Below, piece after piece: positions 62,994-64,000 of a DNA stretch of 64,000 nt. The first letter of the stretch is position 1, and each line of letters begins with the position of its first letter. The notes under the pieces are model-generated. The model had not been told where the DNA came from. It was given only the letters and a program-made list of their open reading frames with translations, and did no database searches. This DNA comes from Phycisphaerales bacterium (GTDB lineage Bacteria; Planctomycetota; Phycisphaerae; Sedimentisphaerales; Anaerobacaceae): positions 7,131 through 71,130 of the forward strand of contig PLLM01000061.1 of the NCBI GenBank assembly GCA_003141275.1. Direction: 5' to 3'. A program made the translations under genes and the position numbers.

Positions 62994-63998
62994 TTATCCG
63001 GCTTTCACTAATGTTTGTTTACTTTCAGACGCGCCAAAATCCGGCAGGGATTCAACCGCCTGCGCTTCCTGTCCGACAAGCGTATGCGTGTAAATTCCCA
63101 TCGTTAGTTCGATTGTGCTGTGTCTCATTATGCTTTGGGCCGTCTTTGGGTGAACGCCAGCCGCTGCCAGTAATGTCCCGCAAGTATGCCTAAGGCAATG
63201 AAAGTCCGCATAGCGTCCCGCCGCGTCCTGATAATCAATCTTTGCGTCTTTCAAATCCTCTTTGAGCATATCGGCGGTTCTATACGGCGTATTGAACGCC
63301 TGCTCTGTCGGCAGCTTGCCCGCAAGATATTGTTTTAACTCTAATGCCGTATCGCGCCTAAGCGGCAAAGTGCTTTCCTTTTTGTTTTTGGAATACGCAG
63401 CCGATACCGTTACTGTTAAATTCTCAAAGTCAAACGACGACGTTTTCAAGCTGTGCAATTCACTCCGTCTAAGCCCGCTTTCGGCGGCAAGACGATACAA
63501 TAAAGCCCTTGTAGCTCCGGTCATACCGAATCTAAACGGCCCGGCCTTCGTCGTTACCAAAAGCCGCCTGATTTCGTCCGGCCCTAATCCCCGTCGCTGG
63601 TGTCGCTGGTCTAATTTTGCATTAAGCCCCTTCAAGTGTCTTATCGGTGATTCGCCTGACCGTCCCTGTTCTATCATCCAGTTAGCGAACATTTTTAACG
63701 CCGTCAGATATGCGTTAGACCTGCGATAACCAATCCCGCCTTCTTTTTTGTCCCTTAACTCTTTCAGGTATGCTTCGACTTTGACGGCTGATATATCCGT
63801 CCAGTAGCTAAACCCACAACCGGCAGCGATAATCTTTACCGCGCTCATCGTCTCTTTGATATACTGCCCGCTGCGATTCCGCGCTTCAAGGGACTTTCGG
63901 TAATCCTCGACGTTCTCTGATAACGCCTTGCCGATGTTCGCCCTGTCTGGCGCAAGTATCCCGACTTTTACAAGCCGGTTTCTCAAATCCGAATCCAT
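62994..63998 (-). CDS. Tyrosine-type site-specific recombinase (phage integrase family)
   Basis: Catalytic signature: 'ESGLRRSELHSLK' (Arg I), 'DFHCLRHTCGTLLAAAG' (H-x-x-R) and 'MRHSTIELTMGIYTH' (His and the Tyr nucleophile). The ATG lies at 63998, 2 nt from the window edge, so the true start could lie outside. Confidence 0.9.
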   Translation of the reverse strand: MDSDLRNRLVKVGILAPDRANIGKALSENVEDYRKSLEARNRSGQYIKETMSAVKIIAAGCGFSYWTDISAVKVEAYLKELRDKKEGGIGYRRSNAYLTALKMFANWMIEQGRSGESPIRHLKGLNAKLDQRHQRRGLGPDEIRRLLVTTKAGPFRFGMTGATRALLYRLAAESGLRRSELHSLKTSSFDFENLTVTVSAAYSKNKKESTLPLRRDTALELKQYLAGKLPTEQAFNTPYRTADMLKEDLKDAKIDYQDAAGRYADFHCLRHTCGTLLAAAGVHPKTAQSIMRHSTIELTMGIYTHTLVGQEAQAVESLPDFGASESKQTLVKAG

Positions 63999-64000
63999 TG

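Noticed and set aside
62823-62994. Possibility that the tRNA-Arg is interrupted by a group I intron rather than truncated
   Set aside because: Bacterial tRNA introns sit inside the anticodon loop and are followed by the 3' exon within a few hundred nt. Here the break is inside the stem. No T arm or acceptor 3' half is present anywhere up to the window end, and the space is occupied by an integrase gene.

Overview
64-kb chromosomal segment that looks like a PVC-superphylum (Planctomycetota/Phycisphaerae- or Lentisphaerae-like) bacterium. This is inferred only from the VPAPGA..GWLRRRR-type PEP-CTERM tails, GLUG/dockerin-like secreted proteins and TPR-rich envelope proteins. Layout: (i) 1-9.2 kb holds housekeeping and envelope genes: a PiT transporter fragment, recR, two paralogous TPR proteins, an AT-rich HEPN-like insert, an LpxL-family acyltransferase and a TMTC-like TPR membrane protein. 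(ii) 9.2-17.7 kb is an accessory island full of dispersed short repeats. It holds an HNH-AP2 endonuclease, a lipoprotein and a 2,987-bp IS1595-family element. The IS has perfect 23-bp terminal inverted repeats and an 8-bp target duplication, and carries a Panacea-type antitoxin, an unknown 138-aa partner and a P63C protein. The island also has an AT-rich orphan class-III-cyclase-like gene and a small STAS-like gene. (iii) 17.7-58.3 kb is a PEP-CTERM/exosortase exopolysaccharide locus. It has five PEP-CTERM substrates, an embedded hemL, a Wza-like exporter, EpsI, Wzx, a Wzy-like protein, a Wzc-like tyrosine autokinase and a priming sugar transferase. It also has three GT2 genes, a split Alg14/Alg13 glycosyltransferase, pyruvyl-, acetyl- and methyl-transferases, two deacetylases, a FemAB-like protein, a PRTase+HAD pair, a 1391-aa TPR protein and a LuxR regulator. 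Both the exosortase and the priming transferase carry N-terminal nucleotidyltransferase-like/left-handed-beta-helix modules. (iv) 58.5-62.3 kb holds two convergent GLUG-repeat secreted proteins. (v) 62.8-64 kb holds a promoter-driven 5' half of tRNA-Arg(UCU) next to a tyrosine integrase, which looks like the junction of an integrated element that runs off the window. No rRNA, CRISPR array or intact tRNA was seen. All calls come from reading the translations and the DNA by eye; no database search was run.
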